A stretch of 64,000 nucleotides of DNA from Acidobacteriota bacterium (GTDB taxonomy: Bacteria > Acidobacteriota > JBCCFW01): contig JBCCFW010000003.1 in the NCBI GenBank assembly GCA_039029535.1, forward strand, positions 10,073 to 74,072, read 5' to 3'. Of the stretch, positions 62,395-64,000 are shown one piece after another; the stretch's first letter is position 1; each line of letters starts with the position of its first letter. A model generated the notes under the pieces. That model made no database searches. It was not told the DNA's origin and saw nothing but the letters and a program-made list of their open reading frames with translations. The translations under genes and the position numbers were made by a program.

Positions 62395-62852
62395 CCGCCG
62401 GACTCCAGCTTCAGCTTCATGCCCTCATGGCTCGCGACGAAGCCGAGCGACTCGTAGAACGCCAGCGCCTCCGGTCGCTGCTTGTCGGTGGTGAGCTGCA
62501 CGAGATGACAGCCGCGCTCGCGCGCTCGCTCGATCGCCGCCTCGACGAGCTGGCGACCGATGCCGGCGCCCCGCTGCGAGCTCGCGACTCGAACACCCTC
62601 GACCTGTGCTCGCCACGAACCCTGATAGGTCAGGTTTGGTAGGAAGCTGAGCTGGAGCTGCCCGATGACTTCCCCTTCGGTCTCGGCGACGAGCAAGACG
62701 TGGTTCGGATCCGAGTCGATGCTCTCGAACGCCCGGTGATAGCCGTCGGGCAGCGGCGACTCGAACCGCTCTCTCTCCCTCCCCAGCGGATCGTCGGCCA
62801 GCATCTCGACGAGTCGCAGCAGGTCCTCGGCTCGCGCTTCCCGGATCTCCAT
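62391..62852 (-). CDS. GNAT family N-acetyltransferase
   Basis: Start at MEIREARAEDL (62850-62852). VASSQRGAGIGRQLVEAAI and AFYESLGF motifs. The stop overlaps the next GNAT's start by 4 nt. Confidence 0.8.
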   Translation of the reverse strand: MEIREARAEDLLRLVEMLADDPLGRERERFESPLPDGYHRAFESIDSDPNHVLLVAETEGEVIGQLQLSFLPNLTYQGSWRAQVEGVRVASSQRGAGIGRQLVEAAIERARERGCHLVQLTTDKQRPEALAFYESLGFVASHEGMKLKLESGG

Positions 62853-63325
62853 CAGGCGCCTCCGCTCAGGTCGAGACGCAGCTCGGGCAAGCGACGCGGC
62901 GCCGGCTTCGAGGGCACCGAGCCCACGCGCACGGCACCTCTTCGAAGATAGAACTCCTCGGCATCCGGATCGGACACGATGCGCAGCGAGCTCACGCCAT
63001 GTCGACGGGCTTGCGCGACCGCTTCCTCGAAGAGACGACTCCCCACTCCACTGCCGTGATGCTCCGGAAGGACCCAGAGGTCGTCGAGGTCCGCATCGTC
63101 TTCTTTCAGCATCAGGGCCACGACGCCCACCTGGCGACCGTCGATCTCCGCGACGGTGACCTCCTGCTCCTTCAGCGTGTCGGTCGTGAAGGACAGCTCG
63201 TCCCACCACAGGGCGAGCCACTCCTCGGGGTAACCCCGGCTCCGCTTGGCCTCACGGGCGATCTCGGTGAGGACGCCGACCTCGTCGGGGACGGCGGGAC
63301 GCAGGGTCGGCTCCTGAACGCTCAT
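62852..63325 (-). CDS. GNAT family N-acetyltransferase
   Basis: VLPEHHGSGVGSRLFEEAV and EFYLRRG motifs. The stop overlaps the next start by 1 nt (TGATG). Confidence 0.8.
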   Translation of the reverse strand: MSVQEPTLRPAVPDEVGVLTEIAREAKRSRGYPEEWLALWWDELSFTTDTLKEQEVTVAEIDGRQVGVVALMLKEDDADLDDLWVLPEHHGSGVGSRLFEEAVAQARRHGVSSLRIVSDPDAEEFYLRRGAVRVGSVPSKPAPRRLPELRLDLSGGA

Positions 63326-63352
63326 GACAGGAGGATGCCATGTGGAGAGACG

Positions 63353-64000
63353 TCAGGCGGCCGCTTGCAAGGTCACGCTGACTTCGAAGCCGCTCGGCTC
63401 GAGGTTGCGTCCCTCGACCCGACCTCCCATGAGATCGACCAGGCCCTTGACCAGCGCCAGGCCCAGGCCGGTCCCCTTCGCCCGCCGCGTGAGCTCGGGG
63501 TCGAGCCGACGGAAGGGCTCGAACACGTGTCGGAGCTGCTTGGTCGGCACGCCCGGACCCCGGTCGCCCACCCGCACCGCCACCCGCTCTCCCTCTCGAG
63601 CCGCCGACAGGGTGATGACCTTCTCATCGGCGTCCTTCGAGTACTTGAGCGCGTTCTCCACGAGGTTCATCAGCACTTGCAGCAGCGCGTCCCGATCCAT
63701 CTTGACCGAGGGCAGGTCAGGCTCGATCTCGACGACGAGCTCGAAGCCCTGCTCCTGAACGTGCGGCCCCAGCAGCTCGGTGAGCTCGCGCAAGACGGGA
63801 TCGACCGGACCGACCTGCTCCTGCAAGGAGCGCGTGCCCTTCTCCAGCCGCGCCAGCTCCAGCACGTTCTCGACCAGACGAGTGAGGCGCTCACTCTCGG
63901 CATGAATCGTCTGGTGGTACTGCCGTTGCTTGGGCTCGCTGGTCGCCACGCCCTGCAAGAGCATCTCCGAGTACAGGCGGATCGCCGTCAGCGGTGTCTT
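63353..64000 (-). CDS. sensor histidine kinase, C-terminal part (5' end lies beyond the window)
   Basis: The frame is open to nt 64000 (KTPLTAIRLYSEM is the tail of the H-box). HATPase_c N, G1 and G2 boxes: LMNLVENALKYS, DRGPGV, GTGLGLALV. Confidence 0.85.
   Translation of the reverse strand, partial: KTPLTAIRLYSEMLLQGVATSEPKQRQYHQTIHAESERLTRLVENVLELARLEKGTRSLQEQVGPVDPVLRELTELLGPHVQEQGFELVVEIEPDLPSVKMDRDALLQVLMNLVENALKYSKDADEKVITLSAAREGERVAVRVGDRGPGVPTKQLRHVFEPFRRLDPELTRRAKGTGLGLALVKGLVDLMGGRVEGRNLEPSGFEVSVTLQAAA

Overview
This is a high-GC window, roughly two-thirds G+C by eye. The gene content suggests a myxobacterial or deltaproteobacterial-type chromosome: SBBP repeat proteins, MopE-like Cys-rich repeats, a T2SSE_N/MshEN-domain protein, CHAT/TPR, and a collagen-like protein. 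It is densely coding, with many 1-4 nt start/stop overlaps. All functional calls come from motifs recognised by eye in the supplied translations; no database search was run. No CRISPR array, rRNA, integrase or transposase was recognised.

Main blocks:
- **451-15421, minus strand.** One long co-oriented run: ECF sigma, anti-sigma, a lipoprotein TPR-CHAT protease, two diverged S8-like peptidases separated by an sfsA relic, intact sfsA, two orphan genes, then DUF1624, SDR, RDD and moaB.
- **15.5-18.2 kb.** mpg, thpR and an arsenosugar-type radical SAM pair (peroxidase-like protein plus ArsS).
- **18.3-21.8 kb.** Two tandem SBBP beta-propeller paralogs.
- **25.5-30.5 kb.** An ABC-2 transporter (ATPase plus two DUF990-type permeases) translationally coupled to a large YfhO/GT-C-like membrane protein.
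- **33-42.5 kb.** An accessory-looking stretch holding a collagen-like protein with about 1 kb of 54-bp-periodic repeats, a Cys-rich Asp-rich repeat protein, two retropepsin-like proteases around an ArsR-type regulator, and a ParE/RelE toxin-antitoxin pair. It ends at tRNA-Arg(CCG), which is preceded by two tandem tRNA 3'-half relics.
- **44.1-47.4 kb.** A serine biosynthesis operon.
- **47.5-59.4 kb.** The candidate I consider most interesting. A YqiJ/NfeD-like protein, a small TM protein, a duplicated SPFH domain and a full-length flotillin are followed 8 bp later by a 1,896-aa AAA+ protein of the DUF3686 'DNA repair ATPase' type. A T2SSE_N-domain protein and a DUF4261-like protein come next.
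- **59.4-64 kb.** A GNAT-rich cluster, an ALG10/DIE2-like membrane protein and a partial histidine kinase.
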